38,643 nt of DNA, taken from a virus (lineage: Duplodnaviria; Heunggongvirae; Uroviricota; Caudoviricetes). This document shows positions 26,546 through 35,689 of this stretch, piece after piece (position 1 is the first letter of the stretch; each line of letters begins with the position of its first letter). The stretch lies in IMG/VR virus record IMGVR_UViG_3300042483_000604; one strand, given 5' to 3'. Made by a program: the position numbers and the translations under genes. The notes beneath the pieces are model-generated. The model did no database searches and had not been told where the DNA came from. It saw only the letters and a program-made list of their open reading frames with translations.

Positions 26546-27647
26546 TTCTTACTACTTTGAATATATTTTGATTATCCACTACTGTAGTGCTTCCGTCTAA
26601 TGTCGTCTTAACTAATATACGATAATATCTCTCAGGTTGCAAGCCATCCATATACACATCAAAGAATGGTCCTGTTGGATCGCAGCTAATTTTTGTAAAC
26701 TGTGTATCGAAATCAATAACCATCTCCTCTGTATTCTCATCTCGTAATCCCCAATATGAACTTGAAGGAAGAGCGTAGTTTGTTAAGTATATTGAAGAGG
26801 TTGTAAAAGTTCTAACCGGGTATTTAGGTTTTGCAGTTAATCTAAATCTCTGCTTTCCTACGTCTGCATACTTTCCTCTATTATTCTTTATACCGATAGT
26901 TGATATGCTATTTGAAAGAACTGATAAAGATCCTGTAGTGTATGTACTATCATCCCACTTGAATTCTAAGAATGGTGGATAAATTGTATTTGTGTCTAAG
27001 CTGTAATACTTTAGCCTAATAGAGGAAGACATGTTATACTCTATATCATCTGAGAGTTTAAAGATAAACCCGTCATTTACCAATGTATTGGAGTTGATTT
27101 GACTAATTGCTCTTGTTACATTTATAGAAACATCGTGAGTAGAATTTATACTATGTGATTGTGTAAATTCCATGTTAAATCCTGCTGAAGCTGTGTACCA
27201 GTTTCCTCCTCCATTTAGTGGTGAATCATAAGAACCTGTTACAAAGGATGGGTAAGATCCTTGCAACCAAGGGCTAGCCTCTGTTGATTGTCTATATTGC
27301 CAAGACACTCCAGTTTTATTAGTTGGAATATCTCCAAACTTCCCTATCCCACTATCCCATGCTCCATAGACTGGGTATGCATATACGGTGTAATCTATAG
27401 GGAGTTCATATGCTTCTGCCAGGTACATACCAAGGCTTGCACTATATCCTAATGCTCCGATTTTATTTGCAATTACATCCTTAATATCTGCTGTACTGAA
27501 TTTGGTAAGTATTCGGTTTGTTTGACCTACTCCTGTTATATCTGGGTATCCTCCTAATTCAACTATTTCGTCTTTACCTGCATTTCCTAAGACATTCTCA
27601 CTTGATATGAATGCATCTTTTTCTGGGAATATTCTGTATACTGCCAT
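26538..27647 (-). CDS. Beta-rich virion structural protein
   Basis: IFPEKDAFI...PPFLEFKWDD beta-sandwich-like domain plus a second Ig-like domain; context. Confidence 0.55.
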   Translation of the reverse strand: MAVYRIFPEKDAFISSENVLGNAGKDEIVELGGYPDITGVGQTNRILTKFSTADIKDVIANKIGALGYSASLGMYLAEAYELPIDYTVYAYPVYGAWDSGIGKFGDIPTNKTGVSWQYRQSTEASPWLQGSYPSFVTGSYDSPLNGGGNWYTASAGFNMEFTQSHSINSTHDVSINVTRAISQINSNTLVNDGFIFKLSDDIEYNMSSSIRLKYYSLDTNTIYPPFLEFKWDDSTYTTGSLSVLSNSISTIGIKNNRGKYADVGKQRFRLTAKPKYPVRTFTTSSIYLTNYALPSSSYWGLRDENTEEMVIDFDTQFTKISCDPTGPFFDVYMDGLQPERYYRILVKTTLDGSTTVVDNQNIFKVVRNG

Positions 27648-27648
27648 G

Positions 27649-29472
27649 TTATAGTGTTGTTATTCTTCCTTTAATATCTCTATCTAAGTATTTTACTTCA
27701 AAAATCATAGGATCATAAGAAGGGTATACTATATTACTTTTTGTTGCTCCTTCTACATCGTATGCATATTCTGAGTAATCCCCTCCTGCTTTGTTAAGTA
27801 CTCTAACTCTCTGTACTGTTTGTACTCCTTTTTCTTGATCTAGTAATGTATATATACTTGACAGGTTAATTGGCTGGTTAATATTCCATTTAGTAATATT
27901 AAAATAATCTCTTAATCTATTTGTACAAGCAAGTAGGACATCTCTACCGGAGTAGTTTGGCCTAACTATTATGTCAAAGTCAACTTCAATATTAACTACA
28001 AATGCATTTTTTATGTTAATAGCATCTGTTAGTAATATGTACTGAGATAAGTAGGTTTTTAGGTTATTATGTAGGTTAGGTGTTGCTTGTATAAGATTTC
28101 CGTTATTATCATAAGCTAATGTATATATAGAAAGTGATAAAGGATTACTATCTATTATACTATCTACTCTAGAATTAGGGTTTGATAACTGATCTTGAGC
28201 TACATATACCTTTGCAATTGAGCCATATTTCGACGGTAGTGACAGAGATCTAACGATATAATCCTGTAAAGAAACTGTCCTACCTTGTTCGTTAAAAGAT
28301 TTAAGAGCATTCTGTCTTAATTCCTCTACCGTATCTCCATCTCTACCTCCAGTAGCTGCTTGGGGGTTATTAAACGCTACTGTTGACTGTCTTGAAGTAT
28401 TCCCTAAATAGCTTGCATTTATTATAGTTGTAATTGTATTTGCAGGTACATTAGCTGCTACTCCTCCTCCTACTATATACCTAATAGTAAGTGTGGTATT
28501 AGAAGGAGCTAACCCGTAAGTCTGTGTAATTAGGAAGTTAGATGGATCGTATGCATAGTCAATATTAATATTAAATGGTGCAAGCCCTAATCCGATATTA
28601 GTAGGATCTGGTGTTAATACTGTATCAGTAGTACCTGTTACTCCTGAGCCAAACTGTATCTGTAATTGTCCTGTAGAGTTAAATCTAGTAACAAATCTCC
28701 TAGGTACTCTTTCTAAAGTTAATAAGTACGGAGCTACGTTACTGTCTGATGCTCCTACGTTAGGGGTATCTTTAAAAATAGTATCTTGCCCTAAGAAAGG
28801 AACTTCATACCATGTATTTCCGTCACTATCTACTATAGAATGAATTCCTACTATATTAGTATCGTCTACTGTTATTGTCTTAAATTTTTCAACAGTTCCA
28901 ATTGCTTCTGTTACAGTTCTTATCTCTCCTGAATATGCTTTAGTTGTTTTTCTAAGTATAAATTCAGTAGGAATAAAAGTAATAGGATCTAGTTGAGAGA
29001 TTGCAACTGTTGTTGGATTGTATGAACTAGAAAAACTAAAATCAACTGGTTGATCAATAATAAACCTAGCTTGACCTGAGGTTGTAGATGCAAGTTGTGT
29101 TCCTGATGATAGTTGCGGTGCTGTAGTCCAGTTTGGTTCACCATCAGTACCTGGTAATATTGTACAAGATACTTCTATATCTACTTCTGAAACTGTAGTA
29201 ACTTTTGGACGATACCCCATCATATAAGCTAAGTTATATAAATTTGCAGGGTTTTTAGCATATTGTAGGTATGTTTCTTGAAGTTGTGTGTCTTGGTAGA
29301 AAGATAAAATATCACCTACATATGCAGCCATCTCTATAAACATCATACCTGGTGATGTTGGGGAGAAGTCGTTATAAGCGTCTGGGAAGTAATTCTTTGC
29401 GTACTCAGTTAACTGGGTTTTAAAATCGGTAAAATCCCTATTTACATATTTTATATCTCTATCTTGAGCCAT
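27649..29472 (-). CDS. Baseplate wedge subunit (T4 gp6 / baseplate J-like)
   Basis: YVNRDF..FIEMAAYVGDILSFYQD..MGYRPK, IQFGSG, ATGGRDGDTVEELR, RTVSLQDY. Confidence 0.9.
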   Translation of the reverse strand: MAQDRDIKYVNRDFTDFKTQLTEYAKNYFPDAYNDFSPTSPGMMFIEMAAYVGDILSFYQDTQLQETYLQYAKNPANLYNLAYMMGYRPKVTTVSEVDIEVSCTILPGTDGEPNWTTAPQLSSGTQLASTTSGQARFIIDQPVDFSFSSSYNPTTVAISQLDPITFIPTEFILRKTTKAYSGEIRTVTEAIGTVEKFKTITVDDTNIVGIHSIVDSDGNTWYEVPFLGQDTIFKDTPNVGASDSNVAPYLLTLERVPRRFVTRFNSTGQLQIQFGSGVTGTTDTVLTPDPTNIGLGLAPFNINIDYAYDPSNFLITQTYGLAPSNTTLTIRYIVGGGVAANVPANTITTIINASYLGNTSRQSTVAFNNPQAATGGRDGDTVEELRQNALKSFNEQGRTVSLQDYIVRSLSLPSKYGSIAKVYVAQDQLSNPNSRVDSIIDSNPLSLSIYTLAYDNNGNLIQATPNLHNNLKTYLSQYILLTDAINIKNAFVVNIEVDFDIIVRPNYSGRDVLLACTNRLRDYFNITKWNINQPINLSSIYTLLDQEKGVQTVQRVRVLNKAGGDYSEYAYDVEGATKSNIVYPSYDPMIFEVKYLDRDIKGRITTL

Positions 29473-29882
29473 TATTGTTCGAAATTAATTAATAATTCGT
29501 CTTGTATATTTGTTTGATCTACACTATATCTTATGTAGATTGTTACAGTATGTGTGTCTGGTATTTCTTCTACTAGGAGCTGTTCTATTATTACATTAGG
29601 AAACCAATCTACTATTCCTCTTCTAACCTCTATCCTGATCTCTTCTTGAGTATCCGGTGTCATTTGGTTAAATAATAATGTTCTTAGGTTTGTTCCAAAA
29701 TTTGGATTTAAAAACCTTTCCTGCCTTCCTGTTAAAAAGAAATTAATTAAATTAGATTTAAGTGCATCTTTTGTTGTGTATGTAGAGTTGAATACAGCCT
29801 TAGAGGAAAACGGGAGACTAACGCCAACTGCTTTCCTAGGTTGTAAATCTATTGGATGTATTTTTTGTACACTAAATGCCAT
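29472..29882 (-). CDS. Baseplate wedge / sheath initiator (T4 gp25-like)
   Basis: LINFFLTGRQERFLNPNFGTNLRTLLF is the gp25/GPW signature. Confidence 0.9.
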   Translation of the reverse strand: MAFSVQKIHPIDLQPRKAVGVSLPFSSKAVFNSTYTTKDALKSNLINFFLTGRQERFLNPNFGTNLRTLLFNQMTPDTQEEIRIEVRRGIVDWFPNVIIEQLLVEEIPDTHTVTIYIRYSVDQTNIQDELLINFEQ

Positions 29883-30301
29883 TATCCTCCGAATCTTTGT
29901 TTATCTTTCTCAACCGATGCTTTAAAAACATCTCCTGCTCTCATCATGAAGTCAAACTGAGATATATCTAACCCCGGTTCAGGACCTTGTCTAAAGTTTT
30001 CCATCATTGGGTTCATACCTAATCCTGGTGCAGATACCATATCAGATGTTGCACTTACTAAGTTTTGGTATTCTCCCTGAGTCATTGAATGTTTTGTCTC
30101 ATTCATTAAATCCATAATAGGATTACCTGTAGGTACTGGTTTTGCAACTATGGGTTTATGGTCTGCATACTTCGTTACATGTTGTACTACGGGTTTGTTT
30201 GAAACAGGTTTTACATCTTCAGAAAGAATTACTGCTAACTCTTCTCGAACTGCTTCTCGAACTGCTTCTTTAATTAGGTTTTTTAATAAGTCTAACTTCA
30301 T
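29882..30301 (-). CDS. Hypothetical protein with MKLDLLKNLIKEAVREAVREEL leader
   Basis: Leader similar to those of 6183..6587 and 6598..7173; preceded by TATTTATT (30305-30312). Confidence 0.7.
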   Translation of the reverse strand: MKLDLLKNLIKEAVREAVREELAVILSEDVKPVSNKPVVQHVTKYADHKPIVAKPVPTGNPIMDLMNETKHSMTQGEYQNLVSATSDMVSAPGLGMNPMMENFRQGPEPGLDISQFDFMMRAGDVFKASVEKDKQRFGG

Positions 30302-30318
30302 ATTAATAAATAGTTATA

Positions 30319-31434
30319 TTATGGTAATTGATTATCTATTCTAAATTTCAATTCTTCTAGAAGTATATCTGTAGAAGAACTAAAAGATGGCTGCCCTCTT
30401 AGTACAATTACCCCTCTTCCATCTCTTGCTACAGCATACCTTCTTGGTGCTATTTTAGGAGAGTTAGGATCCTGTATAACAGCTAAAGTATACCCTCTAT
30501 ATGTGTATTTTGGATCAGGTTGCCCTGTTAGTGGATCTATAGGAGTACCTTCTGTACCTGTGTTACCTTTAGGTTGTGCTGTTGCTAATATAGCGGCTAA
30601 ATCTGCAGTTGTTGCACTATCAGTACTACATTGTTGAATTGCAATATCTATTGAATCTAATCTGTTTTTTATATTGTCAATAGGCGGTATTATGGCATCT
30701 ACTGTTGATAGAATTGCATTACCTTCGTTTGTATATTTTTCTACAAGCTTATCTAATTGTATTAATTTATCTGAATATCTAGTTAAAATATTAGCTGGTA
30801 TACCTAAACCTCCTACTTGTGGAGGTATTATTGCTGTCGGTATTGGTATGTTTTTGATAATTGTAATAGCTAATCTAACAGTACTTGCTATACTTACCAA
30901 CTGCCCTGCTGTACCTTTATATTGCTGTGCTCTTTTTTGAAAAGCTCCTATATTTTTTGAAAGATTATTTTTAGTCTTTACAATTCTTTGAAGTTCTTTT
31001 GCATTTGGACATTCATTAACAAATTTACTTAGAGCTTCTAAAACTCTTTGCTGTACTTGAGCAACAAGTTTTCCTCGCATTCCTCCTATCTGTATTGCAA
31101 TTACTCCTGCAATTCCTTTTGCGGAAGGTCCTGCTGCTTTTAGTAGTGCTCTAGTTTCTTGTATCCTCCTCTGTAAGTCTTTTGCTCTTTTTGCCGCAGC
31201 TTCTGCTTTTGCTTTATAAGCTTCAAATTTTGCTTTTGCTTCATCAAACTGTGCCTTAGCAGCTTGTGCTTTCTCTAGAGATGCACTTATTTTTGTGAGT
31301 CTTGCATCTGATTTTGCTAAATTCTTTGCTCTTTCAATGGATTCCTCTGCTCTTGCAAGCTCTTGAAGTGCTAGTTCTTTTCTGGTAGTAGCAGCAACTT
31401 CTAACTGTTCTGGTGTTGGTTGTATATCTGCCAT
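30319..31434 (-). CDS. Coiled-coil-rich protein in the baseplate hub region
   Basis: Ala/Lys-rich helical N-terminus, IPIPTAIIPP..GLGIP segment; translationally coupled to the gp5-like gene. Confidence 0.6.
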   Translation of the reverse strand: MADIQPTPEQLEVAATTRKELALQELARAEESIERAKNLAKSDARLTKISASLEKAQAAKAQFDEAKAKFEAYKAKAEAAAKRAKDLQRRIQETRALLKAAGPSAKGIAGVIAIQIGGMRGKLVAQVQQRVLEALSKFVNECPNAKELQRIVKTKNNLSKNIGAFQKRAQQYKGTAGQLVSIASTVRLAITIIKNIPIPTAIIPPQVGGLGIPANILTRYSDKLIQLDKLVEKYTNEGNAILSTVDAIIPPIDNIKNRLDSIDIAIQQCSTDSATTADLAAILATAQPKGNTGTEGTPIDPLTGQPDPKYTYRGYTLAVIQDPNSPKIAPRRYAVARDGRGVIVLRGQPSFSSSTDILLEELKFRIDNQLP

Positions 31435-32573
31435 TACTCTGTGAAGACTTTATTTGATTGAAATTGTTTTATCTGAGTTCTTAAAGATTTTACTACTGCT
31501 TGTAGTTCTGGTCCTGCTGCGTTTAGTTGTGTTACTGGACCTCCGCTTACTGCTGCAGCTGATGATAATGCAGATGCTACACTACTTAGTGCATCTAATA
31601 GAGAATTCATCCAGTTTTCTAACTGTCTTCCTAATATTACAGGTTCTTTTGTTCTTGCTGTTCTAGCTTTTACCCCTAAGTATATCTGCTTGGCATCTAC
31701 ACACATATAGTCTGTTGCATCGAAATTTAAAGTTCTTGCATTTAATCCTATAGATTCTTTAGCGGAAATAAAAGCACTATCCTCTTTTGCATTAAAGTAT
31801 AACCTTCCTCCATTCAAAAGTACTTGGTTACCTAAATACCTATCAGAAGTGATAGGCGGTACATCGTAAGAATCTCTTTTTGTATTAATAGACTTAAGCG
31901 GTATTACGTGTTTTGATGTAAAATATAAGGAATTAAAATCATCGTTTATATTTTCTTCTATAGGATCTATCCCGTTATCTGTAGCTATTTGACCATTACT
32001 TATAATGATTAAAGGGCTTCCATTATTTGAATCTCCAATTAAAGTAGATTCTACTCCTCTATTTCCTCCAAATCTTATAGATTGACCTAATCTACCTTCT
32101 ATTAAAGTATCTCCAGGTGCTGCCTGTAGTGGATTTATGTTAGCTGCTTCTGCTGCCCCCCCTATTAACCTATCTTGCCACCCTACTTGCTTTGTATCTG
32201 GAGAGGCATTATGATGAGGTGAGTTCCAGATATTAACTATTTTAGTCCAGTATTTCACTGTCGCACCTGGTGTTCCTTGACTATTTGCTCCTGGTGCTGA
32301 TTCTATCTGAACCATTTCACCTTCCATAGGGATCACCCTCATTGTAGCACTTCCTTGGTAAGCAAACTGTAAAGAATCTATTTGACTTTCATCCCCTGGT
32401 ACTTTAGGGAATTTATAGAATACTCCATTTAACATAGAGGGGTCTTTACAGTTAGGGTCGTTTATAGATAGAATAGTGCTTACTACTCTTCCAAACTGTC
32501 CTCCTGATGACGATCCTCCTGTAGAACTTCCTGAAGAGCCTTTACTGGGTGTAAAATGTGATTTACTCGCCAT
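31434..32573 (-). CDS. Baseplate hub/spike protein (gp5-like OB fold + beta-helix)
   Basis: GRVVS..IPMEGEMVQI (OB fold), PGDTLIEGRLGQSIRFG, QVLLNGGRLYFNAK, EPVILG. Confidence 0.65.
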   Translation of the reverse strand: MASKSHFTPSKGSSGSSTGGSSSGGQFGRVVSTILSINDPNCKDPSMLNGVFYKFPKVPGDESQIDSLQFAYQGSATMRVIPMEGEMVQIESAPGANSQGTPGATVKYWTKIVNIWNSPHHNASPDTKQVGWQDRLIGGAAEAANINPLQAAPGDTLIEGRLGQSIRFGGNRGVESTLIGDSNNGSPLIIISNGQIATDNGIDPIEENINDDFNSLYFTSKHVIPLKSINTKRDSYDVPPITSDRYLGNQVLLNGGRLYFNAKEDSAFISAKESIGLNARTLNFDATDYMCVDAKQIYLGVKARTARTKEPVILGRQLENWMNSLLDALSSVASALSSAAAVSGGPVTQLNAAGPELQAVVKSLRTQIKQFQSNKVFTE

Positions 32574-32923
32574 TACTCTTCGTCTTTTTTATCTAATTGC
32601 TTCCCTAGTTCTTCACTCTGTTCCATTAGTTTTGCAAGCTCTTCTGGGTTAAAAAAGTCTGTTTCAGACCCTTTTCCTGTTCCTTCAAGTCTTTGAACAA
32701 GTGCTACCATTTTAATAAGATGTTCGTCATTCTTTACTCCAACTTCTAAATACTCTTTAATCATAGGAACAACTAAAGTTGCATCTCCTATGTTCTCAAC
32801 AAGAGGTTTTAACTCTCCAATAAGAGCGTTAATCTGTTTCTCTTTATTCTTAGAATTGTCGTAAATTTCTTTTAAAACATCAGAAACGGTCTTTTTTCCA
32901 AATATTGTTGTCTCTAATCCCAT
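32573..32923 (-). CDS. Conserved helical phage protein
   Basis: DATLVVPMIKEYLEVGVKNDEHLIK; first gene after a putative late promoter. Confidence 0.6.
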   Translation of the reverse strand: MGLETTIFGKKTVSDVLKEIYDNSKNKEKQINALIGELKPLVENIGDATLVVPMIKEYLEVGVKNDEHLIKMVALVQRLEGTGKGSETDFFNPEELAKLMEQSEELGKQLDKKDEE

Positions 32924-32936
32924 AGTCTATTTATTA

Positions 32937-32944
32937 TATAAATA
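32937..32944 (-). promoter_or_regulatory. Putative late promoter TATTTATA at the head of the baseplate operon
   Basis: Intergenic, 13 nt upstream of the ATG at 32923. Confidence 0.5.
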
Positions 32945-32956
32945 TCGAAAGATATG

Positions 32957-33655
32957 TTATTGAATAGAAAAACCTGCATCTTGGTAGGTTTTGTATATTT
33001 TATAGAACTCTTCTTTTAGTTTAGATATTACCCGTGTAAGTGTAGGAGTTTCACAATCAGTCATTTCTCTTATGTAGATATACAGAGCTTTCTTTCTAAA
33101 AATCTCTAAATCATGACGTGTTTTAAATAAGGTTAGAATAGCATCTGCTACTCTCTGGTCTTGTTCTTTAGGGAAGATCTCCTCCATATTATCATAACTA
33201 CTTTCAACAAAGTAATTTACTATCACTGCTAGAGTTATTCTTCTTTCAGAATCCGGTAAACCTTCTACTTCATAAGAATCTTCCATTTCTTCGAAAGACC
33301 CTATTTGCTTTAGTTTCTTATAATTACGGTTATTGTAATTGATAAGCCACCTCTTTACTATTGTTTGGAAATAGGAAAATGCTTTAGCTCCGTTGGTAGA
33401 GTCAAATCTATGAAGTTTCTCTTCTACAAGCATGCTAACTACATCTAACTTTAAATCCTCTATACTATCTACATCTAAGTAGTAAAATTTAAAAGTATGT
33501 ATAATATTCTCTGCTAGTTTATAAAGGGGGTGATATATCTCTTTTTTAAATACATTATCCCTAAAAACAGGATCAGAGGATGCGTTATATCTTACGATTG
33601 CATCCTCTGTTTCTTGTGTGAAATAGTAGTTATCTTTATTTGGTGGTTTTGCCAT
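32957..33655 (-). CDS. Sigma70-region-2 protein, T4 gp55-like late sigma factor
   Basis: YYFTQETE..KLAENII..LHRFDSTNGAKAFSYFQTIVKRWL resembles the gp55 FDP..NPFAYFT motif; start moved to MAKPP (33655). Confidence 0.7.
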   Translation of the reverse strand: MAKPPNKDNYYFTQETEDAIVRYNASSDPVFRDNVFKKEIYHPLYKLAENIIHTFKFYYLDVDSIEDLKLDVVSMLVEEKLHRFDSTNGAKAFSYFQTIVKRWLINYNNRNYKKLKQIGSFEEMEDSYEVEGLPDSERRITLAVIVNYFVESSYDNMEEIFPKEQDQRVADAILTLFKTRHDLEIFRKKALYIYIREMTDCETPTLTRVISKLKEEFYKIYKTYQDAGFSIQ

Positions 33656-33929
33656 AGTCTTCTGGGAGACGGAAATCATTTATTGTATCTTGTATTTCTT
33701 TCATGAAATTGAAGAAAACTCCTACTTCATCATCTGATCTAAATGCTCCTGACTCATCTAATTGTTCAACGTAAATTTTTGATTCACTAATAAGATACGA
33801 AACTTTCCTTAAATAATCAACTTGGTACTCTAACACGTCTTCTTGTTTGATTACCTTACGATTTAGATTATAAACTACATAGACTAGTACTACAATAATT
33901 ACCCCTAAAATTCCTGCTATTATTTCCAT
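33636..33929 (-). CDS. Membrane-anchored small protein
   Basis: N-terminal TM helix IIAGILGVIIVVLVYVVY; GAFRSDDEVGVFF segment. Confidence 0.65.
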   Translation of the reverse strand: MEIIAGILGVIIVVLVYVVYNLNRKVIKQEDVLEYQVDYLRKVSYLISESKIYVEQLDESGAFRSDDEVGVFFNFMKEIQDTINDFRLPEDYGKTTK

Positions 33930-33930
33930 A

Positions 33931-34668
33931 TTAAATTCCTTTTACTAAATTCATTAATCCTTCTGAGGCATTTACTTTCTTACCTGTAGAAGAAGTTGTC
34001 TTCTCTACTTTTGGTGTAGAAGTTCCTCCTGAAGCTTTCCAAGCATCGTATTCTATTTTAGAAGCTAGGAAATCTGCTTGATGTAAAATATAAACTATAT
34101 TAGTTCTTAATTTAGAATCTGGATTAAAAGTCATGTAATAAGGTTTATTAACATCGTCATACAATCCGTCATGTAATTTAATAGCTAAATATTCTTTCTC
34201 ATTCATAGCTATACCATTTTGCTGAAGAATAAAAAGGGAACGGTCTTGAATAAGCATAAAAGAAAGGTCTTTATTATGCGTATAAACTTCTCCTAATTTA
34301 TCTCTTCTCCAGGCATCTGTTTGAGGAAGGTAATTTGGTTGCCCTTTAAAGCCTATTTTTCCTAAATCATGGTTAAGAGCAGCAAAAACTAACTCTTCAT
34401 CATTAAAATCAATAGTAGCTCCCATTTCCTGCCATAGTTGTTTTGTCTTTAAAGCACAGTGAACAACTCGGTTGACATGGTCAATATACCCTCCCGGGAA
34501 GGCATTATGATAAGTAGGTTTACCGGAAGCAGGAGCCATAATCATCTCCTCACCTAAAGAACAGTAAAGATGTGTTAACTTTTCTTTACGTTCTCCGGTA
34601 ATAAAAGTATCTACAATTTTAAGATGCTTATCCCAATTCTTTTCAATCTGTTCTGCCGAAAGGTTCAT
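33931..34668 (-). CDS. HD-domain phosphohydrolase (YhaM/Cbf1-like)
   Basis: APAS..HNAFPGGYIDH, LNHDLGK, IKLHDG, LHQAD. Confidence 0.85.
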   Translation of the reverse strand: MNLSAEQIEKNWDKHLKIVDTFITGERKEKLTHLYCSLGEEMIMAPASGKPTYHNAFPGGYIDHVNRVVHCALKTKQLWQEMGATIDFNDEELVFAALNHDLGKIGFKGQPNYLPQTDAWRRDKLGEVYTHNKDLSFMLIQDRSLFILQQNGIAMNEKEYLAIKLHDGLYDDVNKPYYMTFNPDSKLRTNIVYILHQADFLASKIEYDAWKASGGTSTPKVEKTTSSTGKKVNASEGLMNLVKGI

Positions 34669-34841
34669 TAGTCTTGGTGTTCGGTATTTAGTAGAGTTCT
34701 CATATCCCCTATCTTTTCTAATAACTCTTCAACTTTTGCATAACCTTCCGCTTGTTCATTACGGTGTATATGATACCCGATTTTCTTTACTTCGGATTCA
34801 AATCTTTCTAATTTCTGTTCAAATAAGGTCTTGTTTCTCAT
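34668..34841 (-). CDS. 57-aa helical hypothetical protein
   Basis: Hand translation MRNKTLFEQKLERFESEVKKIGYHIHRNEQAEGYAKVEELLEKIGDMRTLLNTEHQD*; TAATG overlap with the HD gene. Confidence 0.7.
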   Translation of the reverse strand: MRNKTLFEQKLERFESEVKKIGYHIHRNEQAEGYAKVEELLEKIGDMRTLLNTEHQD

Positions 34842-34895
34842 TTTTTTATTTTTAGTTTATTAATACTTCTTTATACTTTATAAATCCATATAGGG

Positions 34896-34926
34896 GTAAG
34901 TTATGAACTTTTTTTTTGGGAAACAA
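34896..34926 (-). promoter_or_regulatory. Degenerate host-type promoter for the HD/sigma operon
   Basis: Minus strand GTTG-N20-TAACTTAC. Confidence 0.4.
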
Positions 34927-34929
34927 CTC

Positions 34930-35583
34930 CTATGGTTCAAACACTACTTTTAACTCTTTTAAAATGGTTTTTTTGTTCTCTCCTAAAGTAACTTCTATGT
35001 AAATTGTAGCAGATCTACCTATGAAATCCGGAAAAAACGTCATGGATTGCTGAGGCCTGTAAGTGTATTTGCTGTATGTAGCGAAATAAGTCTTATATGC
35101 TGGGTGATTTACATTCACATTAGGATTGCGTTGAATAGTATATCCTGTTAGGTTCATTATGTTTGTTTGTCCTATAAGCTGTGGGAAGGTATAAGTTTGT
35201 GTTCCAACAGGAATAGGAGTGTTCATTTGATTGCTTGACCATAGGCCTAAGTAAGAATAAACAGGGTAGGTCCATATAACATTCCCTGGTGTATAGAAGA
35301 AATTAGAGTCAAAACCCACGCTTACTAAAGGAATTCCATTAATAACATAGTGAGGATCCAATTCATTTACATCACCTTTTACTGTAAAATAATTCAATCC
35401 AGCATGTTTAATATGCCAAACACCTTGAGCATCTTGATAAGTTCCAGGATGTCCTTGGGTATCAATTCGGAATTCAGCCCCACAATTACCGTTTAAACAT
35501 ACATTAGGTTCGATTTCAGGAGTAGAACAACTAAATACGAATAAAGAAAGAAGTAATAAGAATAAATTTTTTAACTGTTTCAT
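34930..35583 (-). CDS. Putative lipoprotein
   Basis: MKQLKNLFLLLLSLFVFS|C: basic n-region, hydrophobic h-region, lipobox Cys19. Confidence 0.7.
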   Translation of the reverse strand: MKQLKNLFLLLLSLFVFSCSTPEIEPNVCLNGNCGAEFRIDTQGHPGTYQDAQGVWHIKHAGLNYFTVKGDVNELDPHYVINGIPLVSVGFDSNFFYTPGNVIWTYPVYSYLGLWSSNQMNTPIPVGTQTYTFPQLIGQTNIMNLTGYTIQRNPNVNVNHPAYKTYFATYSKYTYRPQQSMTFFPDFIGRSATIYIEVTLGENKKTILKELKVVFEP

Positions 35584-35601
35584 AACATATCTTTTTGATT
35601 G

Positions 35602-35637
35602 TACCTAAATATACGGAGAAAAAAGGAGGGGAGCAAC
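35602..35637 (-). promoter_or_regulatory. Host-type promoter
   Basis: GTTG-N20-TATATTTAGGTA. Confidence 0.65.
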
Positions 35638-35689
35638 TATTTTACAAGTTATTTTCGAAGAATCGCCGCGCAAGATTTTTTATATATCC

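Noticed and set aside
30241-30269. 12-bp tandem duplication CTTCTCGAACTG
   Set aside because: Simply encodes EAVR-EAVR in the leader of 29882..30301.
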